The position numbers and the translations under genes are program-made. Shown here piece by piece: positions 1 through 11,800 of a DNA stretch of 64,000 nt. Each line of letters starts with the position of its first letter. The stretch's first letter is position 1. This DNA comes from Chiloscyllium plagiosum. Its lineage: Eukaryota. Under the pieces are notes generated by a model. It ran no database searches and was not told the DNA's origin. It saw only the letters and a list, made by a program, of their open reading frames with translations. The stretch covers positions 34,574,229 through 34,638,228 of the forward strand of contig NC_057720.1 in assembly GCF_004010195.1 (NCBI RefSeq). The letters are read 5' to 3'.

Positions 1-649
1 CAATGAGCTGGAGTTGTCAGGTTACTGCTGTCACTGTTAGGTCAGGAATTGTCACCAACTAGTTTCTATATGGCAAGTGAGAGAAGAGGAAACTGCACAC
101 AAGATAGTAATGATAATGTTAATGCAATAGACCTCTCACCGTTGACTAGCAAGAATGTCATCTTGCCATTCAGCATTTGGTTGGAAATTGGAACTGCTTA
201 GTCTCAATGGCAAGAAGTTTCTCATTGCAAATCCTCAGGTAATTCTCTCAACATTCTCACCAGTTATTCAGAGCTGGAAAGATTTTGCCTGTAAAGCTTG
301 CAGTAATGGCAGTTAGAAGGGGCTTGTGTTAAATTAGTTTATAAGCATTCATTGAACCTTAAAGATCAATGTAAGGAAAGCCTGGAGCGGATCACATTGG
401 AAAGGGGAAGTGTGGAGCTTGAGCAGGTTCTCTGGTTTTGCATTATCTGGGAGCATGTTTGCTGGACAAATTGATTACGGTTGAAGCCCGGACACTGCTG
501 AAGCAAAGAAATGACTTCAGGGAGAATAAGTGCTGCTTTTGGTGAACGGAAAGCAGTTGGGGAAGTGGGAATCCTTGGAAGCCGTTTATCATTGAGAGCA
601 TCTGACATGGAGTGAGAAGGAAGTCTATACACATCGCATTTGCTTAAAG

Positions 650-747
650 GCAAAATACTATGGTGCTGGAAATCTGAAACCAGAACAGAGAACCCTCCAG
701 GTACACAGTAGGTCTGGTAGAATGAGAGAAATAAGAGTTAATGGTTT
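650..747 (-). mobile_element. Decayed Penelope-type terminal repeat fragment (family D)
   Basis: caaaatactatggtgctggaaatctgaaac...ggtctggtag...agagttaatggttt; resembles copies at 22450-22530, 39470-39568 and 45810-45925. Confidence 0.5.
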
Positions 748-1261
748 GCATCTGGCTTGACACCTCTTCAGGATAGTATTTGCTTCACACAGCTGAGAAA
801 TACTGAACTTCAAACAAATGCCAGGGATTTGTACCCTTGCGGAGTAGAGCACAGTCTTGGGAAATGTCACACCTCCCTGGGTTGGAGTACACTGGAAATC
901 AAGCTCCGCTATTGTCAGAGTCATCACAAAAGATGAAGATTTTATCAAAATATACAAAAGTTCCCCAATTTACCTATCTTTTTTGACAGGTTAACAGAAA
1001 GCACTGACCAAGTTTCTGTACTTAACAAGAATTACTATTAATTACAAATAAATAGATATTAGCTCAAGTCAGCAAATATGAACTGTCGACATACAACTCT
1101 AGTAGTTGAAACGTTAACCCCTCCCTTACAATACTCCACCTCCAGACACATGGGGACAAATGCTAGCCATTGAAGACACAGTAATTCATGCCTGTGAAGA
1201 TCCTTCACATTGCAACAGAGAATAGGTTTAGATTGAAAAAGAAGCTTATTATTTTTCAGGA

Positions 1262-1512
1262 AAAGTAATAAGCCTGAGGATTCATGGCGTTTTAAATATC
1301 AGCAATGGGTGACCTAAAAATTGGTAGGGAGTGAGAAAAGACAATGTAGCAAAACCATACAAAATTAACCATAAATATAAAAACACACTGTAAGAGTTTC
1401 TACATGTAAGTAAAAGGGAAGGCAGTAGCAAAAGTAAATATTAATCCCTGTGTAGCAAAGGCAGGAGCAATTAGAAAATGTAATAAGGAAGCAGCAGTGA
1501 TGTCAACCAAAT
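1262..1512 (+). mobile_element. Old CR1 LINE ORF2 fragment (EN-RT linker)
   Basis: Frameshifted translation resembles CR1 NIKTxCKSFY...AKVNIxP...NKEAA. Confidence 0.55.
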
Positions 1513-1513
1513 A

Positions 1514-2556
1514 AAGTTAAAAATCACACAACACCAGGTTATAATCCAACAGGTTTATTTAGAAGCACTGGTTTTCGAAGCATTGCTTCTTCATCAGGTG
1601 ATTGTGAAACAGGGCCATAAGACACAGAATTTATAGCAAAAGATTACAGTGATACAATGACGCTTTGAACAAACCTAGATTGTTAAGTCTTTCATCTTCT
1701 ATAATGTGTTTGCTGGTTTCGGTTCTTTAATATGTAAATCCCAGAACTTCTTTCAAGTCATATTCTCTCTCATACACAAGCTCTCTCTCATATGCATACA
1801 CATACACCCCTCACACTCGCACCCACACATGCACCATCTCAGGCTTATACCCTAGCACACTCACACACACATTTTATCAAGTTTGCAGACACACAAACAC
1901 GCAACTTTCTCATGTGCACTCGCACTCACACGCGCACACTCACTCTGTCTCTCTCTCTTGCACGCGCACATATATAGGTTTATGGGGTGAATTTGTATTT
2001 GCAGAATTATGTTTGCAGATACATACTATTTTGCTTAAAAATGCAGAACCTGCAAGCTGTCAATGCAGGCGGTCAATCCATGTAATATTTTGTAAATTTC
2101 ACTTTGGAGCTAGGAGCAGTCTGACTGAAGATTGGGACACAGACATACTATAACCTCACACCTTTAAGGCATTGTCTGAGCTGAGATTAGATTCCCTATA
2201 ATGTAGAAACAGGCCCTTTGGCCCAACCAGTCCACACCGACCCCTCCGAAGAGTAACCCACCCAGACCCATTTCTCTCTGACTAACGTACCTAGCATTAT
2301 GGGCAATTTAGCATGGCCAATTCACCTGACCTGAACATCTTTGGACTGAGAGGAAACCGGAGCACCCGGAGAAAACCCATGCAGACACGGGGAGATTGTG
2401 CAAACTCCACACAGTCGCCTGAGGTTGGAATCAAGCCTGGGACCCTGGAGTTGTGTGGTAGCAGTGCTAACCACTGAGCCACCGTGCCACCCAACATGTC
2501 ACCTTTTGTTATAAAACCTTAAGTTATCTTGAGAGCATGACTTAAAAGAAATTCTA
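1514..2556. mobile_element. Penelope-like family B terminal repeat with internal inversion; includes a CA/CT-rich tract and is split by a SINE
   Basis: 1514-1768 is on the minus strand (decayed hammerhead, cttcatcaggtg). 1770-2556 is the reverse complement of the segment that follows collinearly in the copy at 32263-32690. Confidence 0.75.
2185..2492 (-). mobile_element. HE1-type tRNA-derived SINE
   Basis: A/B-box head (rc ggtggctcagtggttagcactgc), V-SINE-like core, CR1-derived tail with gattagatt repeat. Confidence 0.92.
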
Positions 2557-2576
2557 CATAGTCTAGGTGAAAGTGA

Positions 2577-2781
2577 TGATTCGGAGATGCCGGTGTTGGA
2601 CTGGGGTGTACAAAGTTAAAAATCACACAACACCAGGTTATAGTCCAACAGGTTTAATTGGAAGCACACTAGCTTTCGGAGCGACGCTCCGAATCACCTG
2701 ATGAAGGAGCGTCGCTCCGAAAGCTAGTGTGCTTCCAATTAAACCTGTTGGACTATAACCTGGTGTTGTGTGATTTTTAAC
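2577..2781. mobile_element. Palindromic Penelope family B mini-element
   Basis: Perfect 76-bp inverted repeat (2615-2690 / 2706-2781) plus unpaired tail; TSD aggtgaaagtga at 2565-2576 and 2783-2794. Confidence 0.9.
2695..2729 (+). ncRNA. Minimal type I hammerhead ribozyme (family B), intact core
   Basis: CAC-CUGAUGA-A-GGAGC-GUC-GCUCC-GAA-AGCU-A-GUG: stem I CAC/GUG, 5-bp stem II, palindromic helix III AGCU, predicted cleavage after CUA (2726). Confidence 0.85.
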
Positions 2782-2782
2782 C

Positions 2783-2855
2783 AGGTGAAAGTGAGTATTG
2801 CAGATGCTGGAGATTAGAGTCGAGAGTATGGTGCTGGAAAAGCGCAGCAGGTCAT
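2783..2855 (-). mobile_element. Penelope family A terminal fragment
   Basis: aggtgaaagtgagtattgcagatgctggagattagagtc...gctggaaaagcgcagcaggtca matches the other family A ends. Confidence 0.8.
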
Positions 2856-2910
2856 AGTCCACCCCAGTCCAACACTGGCTTCTCCATATCATGGTTAACC
2901 AAAATAATGT

Positions 2911-3119
2911 GGGCTGGATTTTATCATGAACTTTATGGGCCCCCAGGTCCAACTTTATTTTGGACAGAAATCCAATGGTGGCCACGATGGGACCCTCCTT
3001 GCGATCTTCTCAAACATGGACTACTGAGAAGCTGCCTCCTGATTCTCCATCCAATTAAGTGTCACAGACAGATGAGTGAAGGCTGTCTGATTGACAGTGT
3101 CTCCAGGCAAAATAGGCCC
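2911..3119. mobile_element. Putative Harbinger-type MITE
   Basis: Imperfect terminal inverted repeats gggctggatttt ... aaaataggccc; no clean TSD. Confidence 0.4.
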
Positions 3120-3120
3120 T

Positions 3121-3495
3121 GCTGCGTCGGAGGCTGAGGGGTGACCTTATAGATGTTTGCAAAATCATGAGGGGCATGGATAGGGTAAATAGGCGAGGTC
3201 TTTTCCCCAGGGTGGGGGAGTCGAAAACCACAGGGCATAGGTTTGAGGTGAAAGAGGAAAGATCTAAAAGGGACCTAAGAGATGACTTCACCCAGGGCAT
3301 GGTGCATGTATGGAATGGCCTGCCAGAGCAAGTGGTGGAAGCAGGTACGATTTTAATATTTCAAAGGCATCTGGATGGGAATATGAATAGGAAGGGTTTA
3401 GAGGGATTTGGGCCAAATGCTGGAAAATGGGACTAGATTTATATGATATCTGGTCAGCTTGGATGAGTTGGACTTTGAACATGGACTGCTTCAGT
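3121..3495 (+). mobile_element. CR1 LINE 3' fragment
   Basis: RRLRGDLI...MRGMDRVN...GHRFEVK...VWNGLP followed by the CR1 3' UTR. Confidence 0.92.
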
Positions 3496-3496
3496 A

Positions 3497-4240
3497 TGTG
3501 AGGAGTTGCGAATGGTGCTGAACATTGTGCAATCATCAGCGAACATCTTCAATTCTGACCTTATAACGGAGGGAGATCATTAATGAAGCAGCTGAAGATG
3601 GTTGGGCCGAGGGCATTACTCTGACGAACTCCTGCAGAGATGCCCAGTACCTGAGATGACTGACCTGCAACAACTACGACCATCTTCCTATGTACCAACT
3701 ATAGCTCCAACCAGTGGAGAGTTTGTTTCCTGATACTCATTGATTCCAGATTTGTTAGGGCTTCTTGATGCCACACTTGGTCGAATGTGGCCTTGATGGT
3801 TGTAATATTGGAGCTGAATAGGTTTGGGCTATTTTCTTTGGAGCATCGGAGGCTGAGGGATGACTTTATAGAGGTTTATAAAATCATGAGGTGCATGGAT
3901 AAGGTAAATAGACAAGGTCTTTTTCCGGGGTAGGGGAGTCCAAAGCTAGAGGGATGTCAATCTCACCTCACCTCTGTAATTCAGATCATTTGTCCATATT
4001 TGAACCAAGGATGTAATGAGGTCAGGAGCTGAGTGGCCCTGGCGGAGCCCAAACTGGGCATCTCTGAGCAGTTTATTGCTCAACAGGTGCTAATTGATAA
4101 CATTATTGATGACATTTTCCGTCACTCTACTGATGATCAACTGTAAACTGTTGGAGCAGTAATTGGCTGGGTTGGATTTGACCTGCTTTTTATAGGACAT
4201 ACCTGGGCAATTTTTCATATTGTCAGGCAGATGCCAATGT
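3497..4240 (-). mobile_element. CR1/L2-clade LINE RT fragment (distinct family), interrupted by a CR1 piece at about 3800-3952
   Basis: Minus-strand motifs IKATFDQVWHQ, LGPTIFSCFINDL and MFADDCT; gatg is duplicated around the inserted piece. Confidence 0.85.
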
Positions 4241-5221
4241 TTACAAACCCACCGACTTCCACAGCTACCTGGATTACACCTCTTCCCACCCTACCTCTTG
4301 CAAAAATGCCATCCCGTATTCCCAATTCCTCCGCCTCGCCGTATTTGCTCCCAGGAGGACCAGTTCCACCACAGACACACCAGATGGCCTCCTTCTTTAC
4401 AGACCACAATTTCCCTTCCCACATGGTTAACGATGCCCTCCAAAGCATCTCGTCCACATCCCGCACCTCCGCCCTCAGACCCCACCCCTCCAACCTTAAC
4501 AAGGACAGANNNNNNNNNNNNNNNNNNNNNNNNNNNNNNNNNNNNNNNNNNNNNNNNNNNNNNNNNNNNNNNNNNNNNNNNNNNNNNNNNNNNNNNNNNN
4601 NNNNNNNNNNNNNNNNNNNNNNNNNNNNNNNNNNNNNNNNNNNNNNNNNNNNNNNNNNNNNNNNNNNNNNNNNNNNNNNNNNNNNNNNNNNNNNNNNNNN
4701 NNNNNNNNNNNNNNNNNNNNNNNNNNNNNNNNNNNNNNNNNNNNNNNNNNNNNNNNNNNNNNNNNNNNNNNNNNNNNNNNNNNNNNNNNNNNNNNNNNNN
4801 NNNNNNNNNNNNNNNNNNNNNNNNNNNNNNNNNNNNNNNNNNNNNNNNNNNNNNNNNNNNNNNNNNNNNNNNNNNNNNNNNNNNNNNNNNNNNNNNNNNN
4901 NNNNNNNNNNNNNNNNNNNNNNNNNNNNNNNNNNNNNNNNNNNNNNNNNNNNNNNNNNNNNNNNNNNNNNNNNNNNNNNNNNNNNNNNNNNNNNNNNNNN
5001 NNNNNNNNNNNNNNNNNNNNNNNNNNNNNNNNNNNNNNNNNNNNNNNNNNNNNNNNNNNNNNNTCTCTCCATGCTTCAGGCTCACTGCCTTTATTCCTGA
5101 TGAAGGGCTTTTGCCCGAAACGTCGATTTCGAAGCTCCTTGGATGCTGCCTGAACTGCTGTGCTCTTCCAGCACCACTGATCCAGAATCTGGTTTCCAGC
5201 ATCTGCAGTCATTGTTTTTAC
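4241..5221 (+). mobile_element. Penelope-like element family A (RT thumb region, gap, 3' terminal repeat)
   Basis: YKPTDFHSYLDYTSSHPTSCKNAIPYSQFLR; hammerhead-bearing repeat after the N gap at 4510-5063. Confidence 0.9.
5093..5128 (+). ncRNA. Minimal type I hammerhead ribozyme (family A), intact core
   Basis: AUUC-CUGAUGA-A-GGGC-UUUU-GCCC-GAA-ACGU-C-GAUU; palindromic helix III ACGU; predicted cleavage after GUC (5124). Confidence 0.85.
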
Positions 5222-5597
5222 CAGTGTTGTAATTAAGCCTAAACGTATATGAATACAAACATGCTGCATGTTCACTGACTTATATGTGGCTTTTAGATTG
5301 GGCACTTTGCTAACATTCTTTAAATTCTTTAGAACTCTGACTTTTGTAAAATTTATTTATGGACAATTGCTTGGAGATTTGAAGTCAATAGTTAACAGGT
5401 CCTGCTGTAAGCTATAGTACAACCTATTAGTAACCATTTTTCATGCTGTGTAAATTGTTCCTTCCTTAAAGACTTTTTTTCTTGCACTTCTGTCCTGATG
5501 AAAGGGAGGTGAAAAGCTTCATCTTTATTATCGCAGCCGCTGAACAACATGAGCAATGGAATGCCATTTGGGGAAACACGAGAATGAAAAAATAATA

Positions 5598-6503
5598 TTG
5601 TTGATGGCTTGAAGGTAGAAGACAGAGGGTGGTCTTGGAGTGTTGCTTTTCAGAGTGGAAGCCTGTGACCAGCAAAGTGCCACAAGGATCAGAGATGGAT
5701 TTATTGCTTTGCATCGTTTATATAAATGAATTGGATGCAAACAAAGGAGGGCAGGACTTGTACACTTAATGGTACTTCCTGGGGAGTGTTACTGAACAAA
5801 GAGAACTTGGAGTGCAAGTTCATAGTTCATAGAAAGTGGAGTCACAGGTAGATAGGATAGTGGAGAAGCCATTTGTATGCTTGCCTTAATTAGTCAGAGC
5901 GTTGAGTATAGAAGTTGGGAGGTCGTGTTGCAGCTGAACAGGACATTGGTTAGGCCACTATTAGAATACTGCATGCAATTCTGGTCTCCCTGCTGTAGGA
6001 AGGATGTTGTAAAACTTGAAATGGTTTAGAAAAGATTTACAAGGATGTTGCCATGGTTGGAGTGTTTAGGGTATCGGAGCTGAATAGGCTTGAGCTGTCT
6101 TCCTTGGAGCATCGGAAGCTGAGGGGTGACCTTATAGAGATTTATAAAATCATGAGGGGCATGGATAGAATAAATAGATGAGGTCTTTTTCCCAAAGTGA
6201 AGGAGTCCAAAACTAGAGAGAATAGATTTAAGGTGAGAGGGGAAAGATTTAAAAGGGGCCTAAGGGACAGCTTTTTCACGCAGAGTATTTTGCATGTATG
6301 GAATGAGATGCCAGAGGAAATGATGGAGGCTGGTACAATTATAACATTTAAAACGCATCTGGATGGGGGTGTGAATAGGAAGTGTTTGGAGGGATATGGG
6401 CCAAATGCTGGCAAATGGAACTAGATTAACTTAGGATATCTGGTTGGCATGGATGAGTTGGACTGAAGGGTCTGTTTCCATGCTGTATATCTCAATGACT
6501 CTA
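5598..6503 (+). mobile_element. CR1 LINE 3' portion with internal deletion
   Basis: RT and C-terminal motifs (RPLLEYCMQFWSP, VWNEMPEE); 3' tail ctgtttccatgctgtatatctcaatgactcta. Confidence 0.92.
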
Positions 6504-6766
6504 CAACTCTATATCGAGAAAAAAGGCCAATTTTATACTTCAGGTTTCACCAGCTGTATGGAAATCTCAATAGTGAGTGACAAAGGCCACATTTGCATTA
6601 AGTAAACATTCATTATTACCTCATCTGTCCTATATTATATGCAGGATTGCATTTTCCCAGGTACCAGAGAGAAACTAGGCAATGCTAATTCCTGACTTGA
6701 AAGTAAACCGAGTGTAGCTGCAAGTTATGAGTGCCTTCTTCATGATGGCAAGCATTCCCCAACCAG

Positions 6767-7051
6767 GCTGGCACAGTGGCTCAGTGGTTAGCACTGCTGT
6801 CTCACAGTGCCAGGGACCCAGGTTCAATTCTAGCCTTGGGTGGCTGTCTGTGTGGAGTTTGCACATTCTCCCCGTGTCTGCATGGGTTTCCTCTGCATAC
6901 TCCGATTTCCTCCCACAGGCCAGATGAATTGGCCATGCTAAATTGCCCATAGTGTTAGCTGCATTAGTCAGAGGGAGGTGGGTCGCTCTTCTGAGAGTTG
7001 GTGTGGACTTGTTGGGCCAAATGGCCTGTTTCCACACTGTAGGGAATCTAA
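6767..7051 (+). mobile_element. HE1-type SINE
   Basis: ggcacagtggctcagtggttagcactgctg head; gtttccacactgtagggaatctaa tail. Confidence 0.92.
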
Positions 7052-10000
7052 ACCACCTCAGGGCATGCTTCATTGTTGAAGGCCACCTGCATCCTCTGTC
7101 CATGGAGATTGGCATTGGCAACACACCATCATGGCACATTTTGAACTACCTTATAACACTGCTTAGCATTTCAATAGTACATTTTACAGAGTCTACTGAC
7201 ACCTTACATTGTATTGCTGCTGCCATGTGGCTTTGTGTACAAGAGCAGGCACCCATCTCATGCATCGGAACAGGCTGCAGCGTACAGCTCTTGGCTTGCT
7301 TCCTTAGCAGTTATTCACTTTGTGCTTATGGATGCTCAAAGCATCTCTGCCTTGCTTGCCTTTTAGAGGAGACAGAAAGCCAGGCAGCTTGTCAATATTT
7401 GTCAGCACTAGACAGTGAAGGAAGCAGACATGCTGATATATGACACTGTAGTACATCAATATCACACCATTGGCATCTATTCATTATAAATGTATGCAAA
7501 TACCATTTTGGAAATACATGAATCAGCATGCATGACCTGCATCACCCTTACTTCAGCACTCCTATGGCTGGCCAGCTTTGTCTCTTATCTCCACTACTGA
7601 AACATGCTTTCCTCTTCCAGTCTCCTCCCTCCAGCTTAAAGTTGATGTTCGCTCTCCTCTCCTTTCCTCCACCACTGGCCTCCATATCCCAGCTCAGTCC
7701 TGGGTTGTATTGTGCTCATTTTTCGCCCATGATATATTAATGCCTTTGAGCTCCCAGGCAGTAATTCATACTTTCTGCAACTTACTGTCAGTACAAATCA
7801 GCATGTGATGCATCATTAAGAAAAAATATATCGAAAACTTCTGTCATACCTTCACCACTTGAAATAAACCAGCTGATCTTTACTCTCTATGCAAGGGCAC
7901 CATTTTGTTTTACCAGTTTTGCTCACAAAGCGAGCACTCAAATGCCAAAAAAACCTAAACATTAACTTCTGAAGAGTCCATGTCAGTTGGATGATAAATA
8001 TCACATGTAACTGCCTGATTACCAAAGGTTTACATCAATAGCTAAAATGAAGGACTCTTGATGAGTTGCTGCACTCCCTCCTCATGGTTCATTGAGAAAT
8101 CAGAACCTGAGGGATGATTTGGCTGAGTAGATTTCTGAAAGAGCTCCTCTGTGTTCTTCAGTTGTGGGCACTATCTTTTAGGAACAATGTTGTTGCTTCC
8201 TTACCTCCATTACATAACCGTTGATGGATCCGGAGCACTTGCCAAACCCAGATTCAGAATATGGCAGCACGTTGGCAACCTGCCTGCACATTTCTCCAGT
8301 ACCCTTCAGTTCTCCAAGGCAGCAGCATTCTTAATTCACTTCACCTCATAGCTGTTCTCTACATAGAGTCAGAGCTGAACTTGTCTTTTATACTTGCACA
8401 AGAGGAGGAGTAATCAGCATTCTCAGCTACTCTCTCTTGCTTCCCTTCATTTATTTGGGCAGCTGTCACAAGCTATCACTGCCCATTGTAAAATCTTTTT
8501 CACTTCCAGGCCCCTACTGATTTCACAAAATTTGCTTTAGCATCTGCTGCTCCATTCAGTGACAGATCTCAGTTGAAGAAAATAAAAAGTGCCAATCCTT
8601 TGCTGTATCTCCTGATTAAACAACATCTGATTACTTAATCCCATTCCTAAAAGTCAATTAATAACATTTGCATTGCTTGCTCCTCATCAATGTCGCATGC
8701 AAATATAAGCCAAAAATTTGCCCTTGCCAGATATATATCACCCAGTTTGCTCCTGTGTCTGTCTTATGGCCACACCCTTCCATGCTGACTTGAGCATATC
8801 CATGATCTCATCCAAGGTAGATTATTATAGAGATTAACATAGGATGTGCTTTGTTTTCTGAAATCTGAACCTTAATACATGAATGCTAAAACCAAGTTTA
8901 ATTGCAAAAGAAGTTATTCATTTAGTTTATTTGTATGTACTTGCTCAAGAACACGTTGGTGGAATTCCAAGAAGAAGAATAAAAGTTCATATAATTATGT
9001 TATTTTATTGAAATGCTGGATGGACATTGTAAACATAGACATAGAAATTGACTGCAACTGGTTCCTCTCATTCATTTTCACTAAGACTGCTGGAATAAAC
9101 ATTTTGATTTGATGATGGATTTCTCTTCGTTTTATGACAGCTGTACTATTGAAAACAAACTCTCTTTTTCTCTTTCTTGCATCAATCTCCTGCCCCTACC
9201 TCTCTCTAAGTGCAGATGCCTACAGGGACCTGATTTCCAAGGAATATAGAGAGAAATCTGAGAGGAGTCTAGTTAAGCCTTTCTCAATGTCGGCAGCAGC
9301 TAATTACATTTTCCAACAGAGTTCTGGGTGTTGAGATGAGATTCTCAATAAGGAGTGGCAAAAGGCCTAATAACAGAGTTTATTGTTTGCTATCACTCTC
9401 ATTAACTGCAAATCTCATCTCATTTCCATCATACCACCCATCACAAGGAGACTTGATGCTGAGAATTCTTGACATGAATGTTTGAGCAAGTACCTGGCAC
9501 TTCCAGCTCACCACTTGCTCCTCTGGACCTCCATCTTGGACTCCTGGCAACAAGTGTAGGCTCCATGATCAGTAGCCACGTGGACCCCACAACCATAGAT
9601 GCTAGCATCTGACACCAGGCATCCTCTCCACACCATTGAGGCTCATTTCTGATCCACTTATAGTTTACTTCTGTACTTTAAAGCTGTACTTTGGATCATA
9701 CCAGTAACAAGAACTGAAATGAGTGTGGGGATTGGTGCCCAAAACTGGTCCTGCTTAAATCTCAGGGCTGCTTGTTTGTTTTCTTAATGCTCAGACATTG
9801 AGCACATGTCTGCATGTTCATAGCATCCAGGCACCTTGCCGAGCCTTGCAATGCCATGCTTTTGAGTACATTGGAGCTCAGGCAGAGACTAAAGGCTGAT
9901 AATACTGCAGTACTGATGTGCTGTTTAGTTCAGACACAGAACCAGGCTTCTATTCACACTGGTCTTTAGCGATCAGTTCAGGGGTGGACACCTTGCTGTA

Positions 10001-11039
10001 CGACAGAGAGACATGAATCTCGTGCCTACAACATGTGTCAACTACCTATATGTAAATATATTTCATGATGTTTCAACTAAATGGCCATGTTTGAAAGATT
10101 GTTGGCAGTAGTCCTCAGTCAACTCAAAGGGGGTTGCTGTCAGTCAGGAAGATCCCAGTACAATCAGTCAAGGACACTCCAGTAGCTTGGCCAAAGTCAG
10201 CTCTACACTTGGGCTGGTCACCATCTGGGGCTATAAGACTATAGCCTGGGAAGTGGGTGTGAATCATTGTCAGTTTGTTAGGCAGGCCTCAACTCTGCTT
10301 GACAGGAGGCCTTTGAAAGGGCAACTGCAACAGTCAGTAAATTACAGAATACAGTTTCACATTACTTCCAATCATTGCACCATGCAGGTGAAGTGCAGGC
10401 ATTGTGCAAGTATTTTGGGTTCAAATGTTGGCCAGAAACAATGATGAGATAGTCATTGGTCCTTGTAAATTATGCATAGATACCTCAATGACGCAGAAAT
10501 GATAACTTACGACAATAAAAGAAGGGGATGTGGAGAACAAACACGACCGTGTCGCATGATTTCCAAGGGTGCTGTGTGGTACAGAACTGAAATCCACCTG
10601 CACTGTAACTATTATAAAATACTCTATTATAGACAATAAGAGCTTTCATAATTAATGCAGAGTTGGAAGGATAAAGTCAGAACTCATGGAGCACTCCCTC
10701 TATAGAGTTATGTGTCTGGCACTTAGCCAGTGGAGCGCATCTACCAAGTAAGTGCCTATCTCGAAGAGCCATGATAACTTGATACTTACAGAGTGGAAAA
10801 CTTGATCTATTCCTTGTCAGTGCCAGCAAAAATGTTGGATCCATGCTCAAGCAACATGCTCATTACAGTACCTTGCTAAGAGGGCAAACGCAGATGGAGG
10901 AGGAGCAGGTACACCTGAAAACCCAGGAGGGTCAACAAGTCACCACAGAGGACAAAGATCCTCCAGCACAGAAAAAGGTCACAGTTGCAGGGCCACTCAG
11001 GATATACTGGGGGACTTAGGGGGTCAGAGAATTTTGTCC

Positions 11040-11800
11040 TTGAAACCATTTCCCTAGGATAGACAATGCAGAGGTGTTCACACAGGTTTCGCGACATCCT
11101 GGGACACTGTATGGAACTGTGTCAAATGCTAGATGTGAGACCTGAGGGAGTAGGAGGCTGTCCACACCCAGGGGACTTATGGGGTCCTGCAGAGGGAATC
11201 TCCCATGTCATGCACCCACAAATGCATCAGGACAATGACTGTTGCCACCCATGTAGGATCAGACAATTCATTTTGATCCCTGGTGATGAGGTCAGTGCTG
11301 CAGCCTGGGCAGTAAGATTTGAGAATATCATTGGCTTCCTCCAGGTGCAGGATGCTATCACCTGCACGACTTGCGGCATTAAGAGGGCTCTATCTCACCA
11401 CAGTTGAGTTCATGAATAGGAAGGATTTCTTTTTCATTATCATGCAAGTGATCTATGATCACTAGTTCCACTTCCTTGGAGGTGTGTGCCAGTACCCTGG
11501 CAGCTGCCACACCTCCTACATCCTGGAGCACTTTCATATCCCTGCTGTATTTGAGGGTCCAGATGCCTTACAAGGTTGGTTACAAAGGCTACCCACTGCA
11601 AACATGGTTGATTACACCAGTGCGCAATTTCCTGTCTGAGGTGGAACAGCAATACAATACTTTAAAGGCCATGTTGCAGCAGACAATAAACCATCTGAAG
11701 ATGTGGGAAGATGCTTTGATCAGACTGGAGAAGTGTGGGGACTGCAATATACTCCAGTCAGATTATGTCACATTGTTTGGCCGTGGAGCAGGTGTAGAAA
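11040..11800 (+). pseudogene. PIF/Harbinger (HARBI1-like) DDE transposase fossil
   Basis: Motifs in expected order across frameshifts: GFLQVQDAITCT, FMNRKDFF..MQVIYDH, YPGSCHTSYIL, KGYPLQTWLITPVRN..EQQYN, QQTINHLKM, RCFDQTG...LQYTP. Confidence 0.88.

Noticed and set aside
366..653. 95-aa minus-strand ORF
   Set aside because: No recognisable domain, non-ATG start adjacent to a repeat; cannot be supported as coding.
760..1160. Possible solo-LTR fragment
   Set aside because: Composition is suggestive, but I could not define TG...CA ends, a TSD or a second copy.
2687..2704. tccgaatca at the palindrome centre matching the element tail, suggesting a circular RNA junction
   Set aside because: aatcacctgatga is the native context upstream of the core in the 1514 copy, so no junction is needed.
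4215..5305. Long ORFs of 238-338 aa here and at 34429-35331 and 52862-53706
   Set aside because: Artefacts of translating through N gaps.
11040..11800. Domesticated host HARBI1 gene
   Set aside because: Frameshifts, a stop codon and decayed catalytic motifs indicate a transposon fossil.
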